Shown: one piece after another, positions 9,378-19,811 of the stretch | How the letters are laid out: every line of letters starts with the position of its first letter | How positions within the stretch are numbered: position 1 is the first letter of the stretch | Virus record (IMG/VR): IMGVR_UViG_3300021431_000014 | Strand: one strand, 5' to 3' | Length of the DNA: 64,000 nt | From: an uncultured virus (IMG/VR IMGVR_UViG_3300021431_000014) | Lineage: Duplodnaviria > Heunggongvirae > Uroviricota > Caudoviricetes | Translations under genes and position numbers: made by a program | Notes under the pieces: generated by a model | What the model was told of the DNA's origin: nothing | The model's database searches: none | Seen by the model: the letters and a program-made list of their open reading frames with translations, nothing else

Positions 9378-11692
9378 TGGCATTGTTTAATGTTCCGAAA
9401 CGTCCCGGAAGAGAGCAAGATAAAGCCATAGCTGGTAAGTCTAAGACTAAAGTAAAAGCTACTACCTCTGTAAGAGGGGGTAGTAGTGTTCTTGGACAAA
9501 TCAATCAAATTAAAGCTATGGTTGAGAAACATCTCGGAAAGTTTAATGATGATTATGTTATCATTACAACAGAAGAATTATTACATAAGTATTTTATGTT
9601 TTGTATTGATAACGGTGTAATTAGTATAGACACAGAAACAACAGGACTTGACCCGATATTAGATAAGATAGTCGGTTTGTGTATTTATACGCCGAATCAT
9701 AAAGCCGCTTATGTTCCCATCAATCATGTGTCTTATGTCACAGGTGTGAGAGTAGATAATCAACTCACAGAAGAACAGGTAGCAAATCAATTTGATATGT
9801 TACTGAAATATAACCCAGATATCATTATGTTTAACGCAAAATTTGATATCCGTGTAATAAGAAATCAGTTAGGCGTTAAAGATATCTATTGTACATGGGA
9901 TGCTTATTTAGCAGGTAGACTTCTTAATGAGAATGAAGAATCAAAAGGTTTGAAAGCATTACATAAGAAATATGTGCTTAACGGACAGGAAGATGAATTT
10001 TCATTCGATGCTTTATTTAAAGGTCTGTCAGCAGATAAAATTCCTATAAATACATTTTATCTTTATGCGGCACATGATGCGATTATTACATACGAGTTAT
10101 ATGAATATCAGAAAAAGTATTTATATTATGATGAAACACAGCCGAATGAAGCTAGAAACGGAATGAATGGTGTATCGTGGGTATTTTTCAATATTGAAAT
10201 GCCGTGTATTAAAGTAGTTTGTGATATGGAAGATAACGGTGTGAAGTTCGATTTTGAATATCAGCAAAAGTTATCAGAGAAGTATAACAAGTTATTGGAA
10301 GATGCAAAGAGTACATTTTATAAGATGTGTGATGGATTTGTTAATGAAGATATCTGGGCGTATAAGAAGTTGAATCCTAATCACAAATTAGATGACCCGA
10401 TAAACATCGGAAGTCCTACACAGATAGCTATTCTGTTATATGATATTCTTAAAATTGAGCCACCAGACCCGAAAAGTCCAAGAGGTACAGGCGAAGCAAT
10501 TCTGCAAAAGATTGATAATCCTATAGCAAAAGCAATTCTTGATTATAGAGAAATGTCAAAACTGGTGTCTACTTATATTGATAAACTTCCGAATTGTGTA
10601 AATCCAAAAGATGGAAGAATACATTGTAGTTTTAATCAGTATGGAGCAGATACAGGAAGATTTTCAAGTAGTGACCCAAATCTTCAAAACATTCCAAGTC
10701 ATAATAAAGACATTAGAAAGATGTTTGTGGCATCTGATGGATATGTTTTAATGTCAAGTGACTACTCACAGCAAGAGCCGAAAGTTATGACGCAGATGTG
10801 TGGTGACCCTAAGATGATTAAAGCATATCAAGAAGGGAAAGATTTATATGCAGAAATTGCCGCCTTGTCTTTTAATACAACCTATGAGAATTGCCTTGAA
10901 TTTCGACCAGACGGTACAACTAACCCTGACGGTAAATCTCGCAGAAGCCAGGCAAAATCAATTTTGCTCGGAGTGCTTTATGGAAGAGGTGTGCCGTCGA
11001 TTGCTGAACAGCTTGGAACAAGTACAAAAAAAGCACAAGCAATAAAAGATTCTGTATTTAAAGGTTTTCCTGCAATTCCAAAGTTTGAACAAGATAGTTT
11101 GGATATGGCCTATGAAAAAGGATATGTTACTACCTTGTGGGGTAGAAAAAGAAGATTGCCCGATTTACAGTTGCCCGAGTATGAATTTAAATGGAAAGAC
11201 GGAGCCGCACCAGATAAGGATTTGCTTGACTTTGAAGATTGGGACGATAACGATATCGGGGGAACCAGTGAAGTCCCAGAAGATGTGCAGAATTATTACT
11301 GTAGAAAATTAAGACAAGCATATTTCGGACAGAAAAGGAAAATCTTTGAAGAAGCAAACAAAGAAGGAATTTGGGTTATTGATAATACAATGAAAATTGC
11401 AGATGCACAAAGACAATGTGTAAATGCAAGAATCCAAGGTTCAGCCGCAGATATGAGTAAGTTAGCAATGATTTTAGTCGGAAATGATAAAAGATTAAAA
11501 GAATTGGGATTCAGACTTCTTATACCTGTACATGATGAATTGATAGCAGAATGTCCGGAAGAAAATGTAAAAGAATGTTCTGAAAGATTTGCTATGCTTA
11601 TGGCAAAAGCGGCGGAAAGTGGTTTGAGTATCCCTATAAAATGTGATGTAGAAATTACAAAAGCATGGTATGGTGAGAGTGTAGCAATATGA
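9377..11692 (+). CDS. polA: family A DNA polymerase (3'-5' exonuclease + polymerase)
   Basis: SIDTETTG ExoI, TGRFSSSDPNLQNIP, DYSQQEP (motif A), RSQAKSILLGVLYG (B), VHDEL (C). Confidence 0.95.
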   Translation: MALFNVPKRPGREQDKAIAGKSKTKVKATTSVRGGSSVLGQINQIKAMVEKHLGKFNDDYVIITTEELLHKYFMFCIDNGVISIDTETTGLDPILDKIVGLCIYTPNHKAAYVPINHVSYVTGVRVDNQLTEEQVANQFDMLLKYNPDIIMFNAKFDIRVIRNQLGVKDIYCTWDAYLAGRLLNENEESKGLKALHKKYVLNGQEDEFSFDALFKGLSADKIPINTFYLYAAHDAIITYELYEYQKKYLYYDETQPNEARNGMNGVSWVFFNIEMPCIKVVCDMEDNGVKFDFEYQQKLSEKYNKLLEDAKSTFYKMCDGFVNEDIWAYKKLNPNHKLDDPINIGSPTQIAILLYDILKIEPPDPKSPRGTGEAILQKIDNPIAKAILDYREMSKLVSTYIDKLPNCVNPKDGRIHCSFNQYGADTGRFSSSDPNLQNIPSHNKDIRKMFVASDGYVLMSSDYSQQEPKVMTQMCGDPKMIKAYQEGKDLYAEIAALSFNTTYENCLEFRPDGTTNPDGKSRRSQAKSILLGVLYGRGVPSIAEQLGTSTKKAQAIKDSVFKGFPAIPKFEQDSLDMAYEKGYVTTLWGRKRRLPDLQLPEYEFKWKDGAAPDKDLLDFEDWDDNDIGGTSEVPEDVQNYYCRKLRQAYFGQKRKIFEEANKEGIWVIDNTMKIADAQRQCVNARIQGSAADMSKLAMILVGNDKRLKELGFRLLIPVHDELIAECPEENVKECSERFAMLMAKAAESGLSIPIKCDVEITKAWYGESVAI

Positions 11693-12861
11693 AAACAGTT
11701 ATTGTAAATTCTGTTGGATTCGATGGCGGTGGCATATCAAAACTCGGTATAGAATATAGTAAACTGGGATTTGATGTTTATTTTAAAGATACTGTATTAC
11801 CGCTCCAATTTCGCTCTAATAAAATTGCAAATGTAAAATTTTATAATACTCCAGATGATTTGATTAGTGTGATTTCGGGGTATGACAGAGTTATATTCTT
11901 AACTTTTTATGATAATGATTTAGAGCGCACCGTTGTATCATTAGTAAAGTTAAGACTAGCATTACCCAATGTGGAATTTTGTTATTTATATTGCGATAGG
12001 CGAATAGATAGATTAGTTTTATTATTAGGGTTTTTGGAAAAATATAATATGAGATTTGACTATTATTTTTCTATAAACCCCAATATTTTAGATATTGTAC
12101 CGAATTGTACTTGTTTGAATGTAAATGCTTTTACATTTTCTTTGTCACAGATTGCGAATAAGCGAAAAAATATTGTTTTGACAGCGGGAAGAGTTGAAGG
12201 CGTTAAGGGTACATTATCTTATTTTGGAAGTATAGATAGAGATTTTTTGAGTAGTAATTTTTATTATATCCATGAAGGTGCAAGATTTAATTTTAATAAA
12301 TCTGGTACTATAAGTTCGCCACCTCAGTTATTGATGTGTTTTGATACAACAACAAGGCCCAAAAAAGTAAAATCAGAGTTTGTGTTTAAGTCGTATGGGG
12401 AGTTACCTGAGTTTGATAAGTTGACGATTTATCCCTCGTATAATGTTGATGATATAACTAGATGGTCAAATTATTATGCTGGTATTTGTTGTATTCTTGG
12501 CAGTAAAAGTATTTGTAGAAATGTTAAAAGTTTTGTTGGTTCAAATTGGGTGGCTGACGATAAAAAAGAGGATACGCTATTAACAAAAAAATCTAAAATT
12601 TGGAGTGATGCAGTTGAGTATGCTAATTTAGAAATGATTGATATTGGATTACCTGTTTTGTTTTCACGAAAGTATTCTGATGTAATTGATTTTCATGATG
12701 ATAGATTGATTTATAATTCATTTTCAAGTATACCTAATAAGTTAGATTTGTTATATGCTGATTATGATGATGCTAGGGAAAAGCAATTTAATGTTTTTAA
12801 AGAAAAACAATCGAAGATTAATGCAACTATAAAACGAATTTTTACAGAATCAGTTGGGTGA
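11689..12861 (+). CDS. putative GT-B glycosyltransferase, T4 DNA alpha-glucosyltransferase-like
   Basis: N-terminal GFDGGGISKLGIE (cf. T4 AGT GLEGCGVTKFSLE), AGRVEGVKG (cf. GRTTTWKG), VEYANLEMIDIGLPVLF (cf. LEYTHLE). Confidence 0.6.
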   Translation: MKTVIVNSVGFDGGGISKLGIEYSKLGFDVYFKDTVLPLQFRSNKIANVKFYNTPDDLISVISGYDRVIFLTFYDNDLERTVVSLVKLRLALPNVEFCYLYCDRRIDRLVLLLGFLEKYNMRFDYYFSINPNILDIVPNCTCLNVNAFTFSLSQIANKRKNIVLTAGRVEGVKGTLSYFGSIDRDFLSSNFYYIHEGARFNFNKSGTISSPPQLLMCFDTTTRPKKVKSEFVFKSYGELPEFDKLTIYPSYNVDDITRWSNYYAGICCILGSKSICRNVKSFVGSNWVADDKKEDTLLTKKSKIWSDAVEYANLEMIDIGLPVLFSRKYSDVIDFHDDRLIYNSFSSIPNKLDLLYADYDDAREKQFNVFKEKQSKINATIKRIFTESVG

Positions 12862-13256
12862 TTTATATGAATACGTTATTCTCAGTTTCAAAACATGATA
12901 ATGCGGATAAGAAATATAGCGCAAAAGTTGATATACCACAATATTTACCTTCTAAAGTTTGCCCGAAAATATGGGAACTTTATGATAAGACAAAGTATAA
13001 TGAATTAGTCAGAAGTATAGCGGTGTCAGATATTTCAGATGACGTAAAAGAGTTTTTAATGTTTGCGGCAACTAGACATATTGTATTTAATTATGCCAAA
13101 ATTGCTGATTACTATGCTCATGCAGATGCCGATGTTCAGAGACTTATAGAACAGTCTGCACTTGTTATTATTGATGTTGATGATGCGATAGCAAATGGTT
13201 ATATGAGATTATCGAAGAATATCAAAAAACTTTTGGAGGATAGTGATGGCAAATAA
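12858..13256 (+). CDS. small conserved protein of the type found beside phage DNA glycosyltransferases
   Basis: FLMFAATRHIVFNYAKIADYYAHA...SALVIIDVDDAIANGY pattern; operon position. Confidence 0.55.
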   Translation: MIYMNTLFSVSKHDNADKKYSAKVDIPQYLPSKVCPKIWELYDKTKYNELVRSIAVSDISDDVKEFLMFAATRHIVFNYAKIADYYAHADADVQRLIEQSALVIIDVDDAIANGYMRLSKNIKKLLEDSDGK

Positions 13257-14208
13257 TATAACTGGAGATAAGATGTTTGCTCATATTGATAGAGTATTTG
13301 GTGAGCATAAACCGATAACAGCAGATATTTTTCTCAATAATTATTGCAACAATAATTGTCCATATTGTACTTACAAAAGATGGGAATTTAGTGATGATGC
13401 ACGTTCTATGTCAATTTCAGATTTCATAAAATATGCAAATAGACTTATCGAGTTAGGTGTAGAGGGTTTTATTCTTACTGGTGGTGGCGAGCCTACTATA
13501 TCAAAAGATTTTGATAAAATTGTAGAGTGGTTAGATTTACATGATGTCAAATATGGTATAAACACAAATTTTAACAGATTAGTAAAATGTAATCCAGCAT
13601 ATTTAAAAGTATCATTAGATGCTTGGGATAATGTTAGTTATGCGGATAGACGAGGTGTGCCAAGATATAACAAAGTTCGTCAGAATATAGTAGAGTTTGC
13701 AAAGGTAAAGTCAGATAAAACAAGACTTGGTATTCAGCTATTAGCAAAAACAGTTGAGGAAGTAAGAAGTTTTTACGATGCGAACAAAGATTTACCAATA
13801 GATTATATAAGTATCAGACCGATGGAATCAATTGCAGGTAATTATTACAAGAATTTACTGTCGGAAGATTTTAATATGCAACCACAAAATATTGTTACTG
13901 CGATACGGCAATTACAGAGTTTAGATAGTAGGGTGGTTTTGAATTATAAATGGGAAATGTTGGATGTACAGCAGTCAGAATGTACTGCACAGTGGGCCCA
14001 GATTGCTATTAATGAGTTGGGTGAGGTTATGTATTGTTGCCATAAACCATATCAGATAGTAGGGCATATAATGGATGATGATATCTTGGAAAAGAAAAAA
14101 ATTGCCGTGACAGATATGACAAGATGTGATTTACCGTGTAGAATGACTGGCCCTAACTTTGAAGTTCATAGAATGACTGATAAGAAATTAGATACGGAGT
14201 TTATATGA
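13246..14208 (+). CDS. radical SAM protein with SPASM/twitch-type C-terminus
   Basis: CNNNCPYC, TGGGEP, INTN, C-terminal C...GEVMYCCH...CDLPCR. Confidence 0.9.
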   Translation: MANNITGDKMFAHIDRVFGEHKPITADIFLNNYCNNNCPYCTYKRWEFSDDARSMSISDFIKYANRLIELGVEGFILTGGGEPTISKDFDKIVEWLDLHDVKYGINTNFNRLVKCNPAYLKVSLDAWDNVSYADRRGVPRYNKVRQNIVEFAKVKSDKTRLGIQLLAKTVEEVRSFYDANKDLPIDYISIRPMESIAGNYYKNLLSEDFNMQPQNIVTAIRQLQSLDSRVVLNYKWEMLDVQQSECTAQWAQIAINELGEVMYCCHKPYQIVGHIMDDDILEKKKIAVTDMTRCDLPCRMTGPNFEVHRMTDKKLDTEFI

Positions 14209-15065
14209 TGCGAAAAGACTTTGTTGTATTTATATTAACTCATGGTCGTGCTTGGGAAATGCACACATATAAATCTTTACAAAAAGCAAATTATACTGGC
14301 CCTATCGTATTTGTTCTTGATAACGAGGATAAGACGATTGATAGTTATTGGTATAATTTTGGTAAAGAGAACTGTTATGTATTTGATAAGGAAGCTGTAG
14401 CGAGAAAAACAGATACCATGGATCAATCAACTGATAGACGGGCCATATTATATGCTAGAAATGTGTGTTGGGAGATTGCAAAGAATTTAGGGTATAAATA
14501 TTTTTTGCAACTGGATGATGATTATTCAAATTTTCGCGGTCGTGTTGAAATCAATGGTAGTTTACGAACAAAGTATGTGAAAGATTTTGATAAATTAGTT
14601 GATTATGTTATAGAGTTTTTAGAGATTTCAGGTGCATCAACTGTTGCAATGTCACAAATAGGTGATTTTATAGGCGGCACTGGTTCAAAAGTGTTTAAAG
14701 AACGGTTGACAAGAAAAGCAATGAATAGTTTTTTCTGTAAAGTTGACAGACCAATAAGATTTTGTGGTCGCATGAATGAGGATGTAACATCTTATGTGTT
14801 AAATGGTAGTCGTGGTCAATTATTTTTTACGTTAGCAGATGTTTCAGTTGACCACTTAGGTACTCAGTCTTTAAAGGGCGGGATGACAGCATCATATAAA
14901 GAAGGCGGTACTTATATCAAAAGTTTTTATACAGTTATGGCTTGCCCATCATCTGTAAAAGTTTATGAAATGGGTGATACACATAAGCGTATTCATCATA
15001 GTATAGATTGGGAACACGCTGTGCCAAAAATAATAAGTAGTAAATTTAAGAAGGAGGAAAAGTAA
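14205..15065 (+). CDS. TAGT/GREB1-like GT-A glycosyltransferase
   Basis: FILTHGRA, YARN, QLDDDY (DxD), GRMNEDV, GGMT, RIHH motifs. Confidence 0.75.
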   Translation: MMRKDFVVFILTHGRAWEMHTYKSLQKANYTGPIVFVLDNEDKTIDSYWYNFGKENCYVFDKEAVARKTDTMDQSTDRRAILYARNVCWEIAKNLGYKYFLQLDDDYSNFRGRVEINGSLRTKYVKDFDKLVDYVIEFLEISGASTVAMSQIGDFIGGTGSKVFKERLTRKAMNSFFCKVDRPIRFCGRMNEDVTSYVLNGSRGQLFFTLADVSVDHLGTQSLKGGMTASYKEGGTYIKSFYTVMACPSSVKVYEMGDTHKRIHHSIDWEHAVPKIISSKFKKEEK

Positions 15066-15286
15066 TGCAGAAATCAATTAGGGTACCGACACAAGTTCAC
15101 ACAAGAAAGCTAGACCGTTTAGTAGCACACAGAAACATGAAACGAGCAGGATTAAGTCATGTAAATAAACATGATTATAATGCTACTTATGCTTATCTTA
15201 TTGAGTATATTCCAAGTTATTTTGCTAGACATTGGAGAGATACTGTTAATGTACCTACTATAGATTTGAGGAGGAAAAAATCTTGA
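15065..15286 (+). CDS. hypothetical basic protein
   Basis: 73-aa ORF, AAGGAGG RBS. Confidence 0.6.
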   Translation: MQKSIRVPTQVHTRKLDRLVAHRNMKRAGLSHVNKHDYNATYAYLIEYIPSYFARHWRDTVNVPTIDLRRKKS

Positions 15287-15603
15287 AAGACAATTTAAAA
15301 GTGTTTATCTCACAGCCGATGAACGGCAAAACTGATTCTGAAATTCATGGAGAACAGTTTCTTATTTGTGCCAAATTAGGCAGCATACTTAAAACAAACT
15401 ATACTGTTATAGACAGTTTTTTACGTGATGAACCTAGTGGTGGTTGTGTACCTCTTAAATATTTAGCAAAGTCACTTGAGTTATTGGCTGATGCAGATGT
15501 AGCATTTTTTGCTAAAGGTTGGGAAGATGCAAGAGGTTGCAGAATTGAGCATGAATGTGCTAAATCATATGGAATTATGATTATAGAAGATATTGATGAT
15601 TAA
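15283..15603 (+). CDS. DUF4406 / nucleoside deoxyribosyltransferase-like protein
   Basis: VFISQPMNG...ADAD.AFFAKGWEDARGCRIEH; TTG start. Confidence 0.7.
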   Translation: MKDNLKVFISQPMNGKTDSEIHGEQFLICAKLGSILKTNYTVIDSFLRDEPSGGCVPLKYLAKSLELLADADVAFFAKGWEDARGCRIEHECAKSYGIMIIEDIDD

Positions 15604-15616
15604 GGAGGAAAAACTA

Positions 15617-16705
15617 ATGAAACTGACATTGAAAACAGAGAAGTTGAAAGAGATGGTATCACGGGCTGTAAAGGGAGTAGGTAATAATAAACTTATTCCG
15701 CTCACAAGTCTTATGGCAATCGAAGTCAAAGATAATAAGTTAACGCTTATTACTACCGATGCAACAAATTATTTGTATATTACAGAAGATAAGGTAGTAG
15801 CAGATGATTTTTATATTGTTGTAGATGCTACAACATTTTCTAAACTCGTTTCCAAAATGACCTGTGAGAATATTACGCTTGAGGTAAAAACAGGTGTACT
15901 TAATGTGAAAGGTAACGGCAATTATAAGATTGAGTTACCGCTTGACGAGAACGGTGAACCGATTAAGTATCCGGACCCGGTAGATAGATTAGATTTGAGT
16001 TCTGCAACACAGAAAACAATCAATAGAACTACTGTACAGGTTATTCTTGAAACGATTAAACCGGCACTTGCAGTTACACTTGAGAATCCGTGTTATACCG
16101 GGTATCATATCGGTGACGGTGTAGTAGCTACAGATACATATAAAATTGCCAGTATGGATGTTAATCTTCTTGGTGCAAACAGATTGGTTAGTCCGGAATT
16201 TATGGATTTATTGGCAGTTATGACAAATGAAAAAATAACAGTTATGTATACTGATACAGATATTGTATGCAGTACACCGGATTGCACAGTTTACGGTAAG
16301 TTTATGGATGGCATTGAAGATTATGCGATTGATGCTATTATGGATTTAGTGAATACTGATATTGACAGTTTTTGTTCAGTACCTAAAAATGCGCTTTTGC
16401 AGTTGCTTGATAGACTTTCTCTGTTTGTCGGACCGTATGATAAAAACGCAATTCACTTGACGTTTACTCAGAATGGATTGCAGGTATCTTCTAAAGCAAC
16501 AAACGGCATTGAAATCATTGATTATATCGCAAGTGATAACTTTAAGGATTTTACTTGTGCTATTGATATTCAGATGTTAACGCAGGAAGTTAAAGCAATT
16601 TCTAATGATGTTATTGAATTGTATTATGGAGAAGACAATGCAATTAAAATGACAGACGGTAACATTACAATTATTGTGGCACTTTTGGAAGACGATATTG
16701 ATTAA
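15617..16705 (+). CDS. dnaN: DNA polymerase III beta sliding clamp
   Basis: About 360 aa, three-domain pattern, LTLITTD, VVATDTYKIA, LLQLLDRLSLF. Confidence 0.8.
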   Translation: MKLTLKTEKLKEMVSRAVKGVGNNKLIPLTSLMAIEVKDNKLTLITTDATNYLYITEDKVVADDFYIVVDATTFSKLVSKMTCENITLEVKTGVLNVKGNGNYKIELPLDENGEPIKYPDPVDRLDLSSATQKTINRTTVQVILETIKPALAVTLENPCYTGYHIGDGVVATDTYKIASMDVNLLGANRLVSPEFMDLLAVMTNEKITVMYTDTDIVCSTPDCTVYGKFMDGIEDYAIDAIMDLVNTDIDSFCSVPKNALLQLLDRLSLFVGPYDKNAIHLTFTQNGLQVSSKATNGIEIIDYIASDNFKDFTCAIDIQMLTQEVKAISNDVIELYYGEDNAIKMTDGNITIIVALLEDDID

Positions 16706-16719
16706 TTAAGATATAAGGA

Positions 16720-16771
16720 GGATAGTGACTATGAATAACAAGACCGCTTATTTATAGTCACTATCTTTTTT
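16720..16771 (+). terminator. rho-independent terminator
   Basis: 18-bp stem GATAGTGACTATGAATAA/TTATTTATAGTCACTATC plus T6. Confidence 0.8.
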
Positions 16772-16776
16772 ATGTG

Positions 16777-16805
16777 TTGACTTCTATTTGTTTATGTAGT
16801 ATAAT
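16777..16805 (+). promoter_or_regulatory. sigma-A promoter
   Basis: TTGACT-17-TATAAT. Confidence 0.75.
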
Positions 16806-16844
16806 ATTATATGTAGATAAAACAAATAGAAAGTGAGGAAAACT

Positions 16845-17036
16845 ATGAAATCTAAAATCATTCATTATTTAATCTCTGTGTTAGCTGTTGTAGGTATTAT
16901 TGTTGTTCTTGGAGCAGTTGGTTCATCTGATTATGCCGTTGAAGTAGGCACGGATTTACCTTTGTGGTCAACAGTAAAGATGTTGTTACTAGGTGTTAGT
17001 TTTATGACACCTGCGTTTCTTAGAGAGGTGATGTAA
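16845..17036 (+). CDS. small membrane protein
   Basis: Two hydrophobic segments. Confidence 0.6.
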   Translation: MKSKIIHYLISVLAVVGIIVVLGAVGSSDYAVEVGTDLPLWSTVKMLLLGVSFMTPAFLREVM

Positions 17037-17040
17037 TAGA

Positions 17041-17835
17041 ATGGCAAGAAATTCACTGAAAAATGTATGCAGACTTATAAACACAGTTAAAGAAACACTT
17101 CCGCCAGAGCAGGATTTTCTTAATGATTTGAAAAGGTCAATAGAGATGACTGCCGACAGAGAACAGCGATTGCCAAGTAAGACATATAAACCGTCCGGCA
17201 TGAATTGTATAAGACAATCTTATTATCAGATAATGGGTATCGAACCAGACCCGTCAAGTTCAAGCTATTCGATGGTAGGTATTTGTAATAGCGGAACAGA
17301 TATTCATGTAAGAATCCAAACTGCTGTTGAACAGATGAAAGAAAACGGCATGGATTGCGAGTATATTGATGTTGCTGATTTTGTAAAACAGCGCAATTTG
17401 GATTATCTCGATATAGTATCCAAGAACGGAATGGAAACTAAACTGTATCACAAGAAATTGAATATGTCCTTTATGTGTGACGGTATTATAAGATATAAAG
17501 GACATTATTATATTCTTGAATTGAAGACAGAAAGCAGTTTTAAATTTATCAACAGAAAATCCGTAGATATTTCTCATTTTCATCAAGGTATTGCTTATGC
17601 AGTAGCATTTGGTATTGATGAAGTATTGTTTGTTTATATCAATCGTGATGTATTGGATATGAAATCCTTTATGTTTAATGTAACACAAGAAATGAAAGCT
17701 GAATTGATAGGTTATATAGAAGAGTGCGACGGATATGTAAATCGTAAGATTGCTCCGCCGAAACCGGATGATGTTCCTAAAAAAGCATGTTCTTATTGCG
17801 GATATAAAACACAGTGTAAGAAAGACGGTAATTAA
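17041..17835 (+). CDS. Cas4-like PD-(D/E)XK exonuclease
   Basis: PSGMNC.R, GTDIH, CDG, LELKT, Q...Y, C-terminal CSYCGYKTQC Fe-S motif. Confidence 0.85.
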   Translation: MARNSLKNVCRLINTVKETLPPEQDFLNDLKRSIEMTADREQRLPSKTYKPSGMNCIRQSYYQIMGIEPDPSSSSYSMVGICNSGTDIHVRIQTAVEQMKENGMDCEYIDVADFVKQRNLDYLDIVSKNGMETKLYHKKLNMSFMCDGIIRYKGHYYILELKTESSFKFINRKSVDISHFHQGIAYAVAFGIDEVLFVYINRDVLDMKSFMFNVTQEMKAELIGYIEECDGYVNRKIAPPKPDDVPKKACSYCGYKTQCKKDGN

Positions 17836-17938
17836 GGAGTACAGATATGACTAATTATTGTGAAAATTGTTTTTGGAATGATGATTGTTTATGTGATAAG
17901 TACGGTGTGTTAGTTACTGATGAGGATTGGTGTGATAA

Positions 17939-18418
17939 ATGGGAGTCAGCAGAGGGAAACAGTTTGAACAAGTCATAAGAGAATCATTTGAAAAAGTTCC
18001 TAATGTATCTATAGATAGATTACATGACCAGACAAATGGATTTAGAGGTAGTCAGAATATTTGTGATTTCATTGTGTATAAAGAACCGTATGAGTATTAC
18101 ATTGAGTGTAAATCTGTACACGGCGCAAGTTTACCTTTTAGTAATATTACAGAAACGCAGTGGAATGGTTTGTTGCAGAAATCACAGATTGAAGGTGTAT
18201 TTGCAGGAGTTATATGTTGGTGGATAAATAAGGACGTAACTAAGTTTATTCCTATACAAATTCTTGCATGGCTAGATATGGCTGGATATAAAAGTATTCG
18301 ATATGATACTGGAACTCCAGATAAGTATATTGGTGATATTATAGAAATAAAAGGAAAAAAGAAAAGAGTTTTCTTTGATTATGATATGGAGGAATTTTTA
18401 GAGGAGGTTAGTACATGA
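17939..18418 (+). CDS. RecU-like Holliday junction resolvase
   Basis: RGKQFE, CDF, IECKS, LPFSNITETQ. Confidence 0.75.
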   Translation: MGVSRGKQFEQVIRESFEKVPNVSIDRLHDQTNGFRGSQNICDFIVYKEPYEYYIECKSVHGASLPFSNITETQWNGLLQKSQIEGVFAGVICWWINKDVTKFIPIQILAWLDMAGYKSIRYDTGTPDKYIGDIIEIKGKKKRVFFDYDMEEFLEEVST

Positions 18419-18801
18419 TAATTTTTATTATGATTTTGATAACAGTGTCGTTATCTTTATTAGCGTTTGTAACTTTGAATAATTATAACTTCGAAACTAT
18501 TGGCATTATATCACTTTTATTAACAGTCGTAGCTAGTGTTATTACATTTATTATGATTACGGTGGTTATCGCAGTTCATATACCTATTAATAGAAAACAG
18601 AAATTAACAGAGTATGAACAGACTTACTATGTAATTACTCAAATGATTGATAATGATGATAAGGCCGTGATTACATTAACAAGTCAGATAGCTGAATATA
18701 ATGCAGACGTACTTAAAGGCAGAATGAGGCAGGATAGTAAAATGTTAAGTATATTGGATTACGATTTTTATTATGATTTACCACTTATCGAATTAAAATG
18801 A
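18415..18801 (+). CDS. membrane protein
   Basis: Two N-terminal hydrophobic helices. Confidence 0.6.
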   Translation: MIIFIMILITVSLSLLAFVTLNNYNFETIGIISLLLTVVASVITFIMITVVIAVHIPINRKQKLTEYEQTYYVITQMIDNDDKAVITLTSQIAEYNADVLKGRMRQDSKMLSILDYDFYYDLPLIELK

Positions 18802-18813
18802 GGACGGAGAAAA

Positions 18814-19344
18814 ATGAGATTTAATCTAACAGAAGATGTATTACGAAATATAAGTGATACACAGGATAACGTAGAGACATATAGTGAATCAATAGATAAG
18901 ATAGTAAATGACATAATTCAGCCATATTGTAAAGATTTAGATAAGTATGTGTCTTTCATTAAAGATTGTCTTAAAGATGGGGAGAATCCACCTACTACAG
19001 ATGAGTTAGATGATTTCTGCCTTAATCTTTCTACTTATATCTACTTCGCAGGTGGTATGTGTGAACAGCTTGGTATTCGTGACGATATAGCAAAAGCAGT
19101 GTATAAAGAGATGTATCATACAGCAAGAGCAAGTCAAGATAAAGGTACAGTAGCAGATAAAGATTCGCTTGCGGAATTAGCAAGTCAAGAACAGTTTATT
19201 GTGTCTTCATCATATACAAGAGCATATAAAACCATGAAATCAAAGGTAGAAAATGCGCAAGAGTTATTAGGCAGTGTTAAAAAAGTGTTATCACGTAGAA
19301 TGTCAGAGATGGAATTGACACGAATTGGAGGTAGCGGTAGATGA
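18814..19344 (+). CDS. hypothetical helical protein (possible recombination mediator)
   Basis: 176-aa helical ORF in the recombination module; function inferred from context only. Confidence 0.5.
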   Translation: MRFNLTEDVLRNISDTQDNVETYSESIDKIVNDIIQPYCKDLDKYVSFIKDCLKDGENPPTTDELDDFCLNLSTYIYFAGGMCEQLGIRDDIAKAVYKEMYHTARASQDKGTVADKDSLAELASQEQFIVSSSYTRAYKTMKSKVENAQELLGSVKKVLSRRMSEMELTRIGGSGR

Positions 19345-19475
19345 TTGATGCGGATAAATGTTATGAGTGTACTGCTAACGGTGACGATTATTATTTAGAT
19401 GGGAATAATGAATGGGTTAAAGCGTGTGACGATTGCCCGTTTAATGATTTAATTGATTGGGAGGAAAAAGATTAA

Positions 19476-19811
19476 ATGACAGGAAATGAGTATCAGAAAT
19501 TAGCAAGTAGAACAATACCGGAAATTTTTACATCGGAAATGTGTGAACATCATGCTTTACACGGAATGGTCGGTGAAATAGGTGAACTTCACTCAATTTA
19601 TCAGAAAATGTATCAAGGTCACAAAGAAATCGGTTATGACCATTTTAAGAAAGAACTTGGAGATTTACTTTGGTTTGTTGCTGAATATTGTACAGGAATG
19701 GGATGGAATCTTGATGATATTATGCAGATGAACATTGATAAATTGAGAGCAAGATATCCGGACGGATTTGATTCTGAACACAGTTTACACAGAGTAGAAG
19801 GAGATATTTAA
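19476..19811 (+). CDS. MazG-like nucleotide pyrophosphohydrolase
   Basis: GEIGEL...KELGDLLWF...NIDKLRARYPDGF. Confidence 0.85.
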   Translation: MTGNEYQKLASRTIPEIFTSEMCEHHALHGMVGEIGELHSIYQKMYQGHKEIGYDHFKKELGDLLWFVAEYCTGMGWNLDDIMQMNIDKLRARYPDGFDSEHSLHRVEGDI

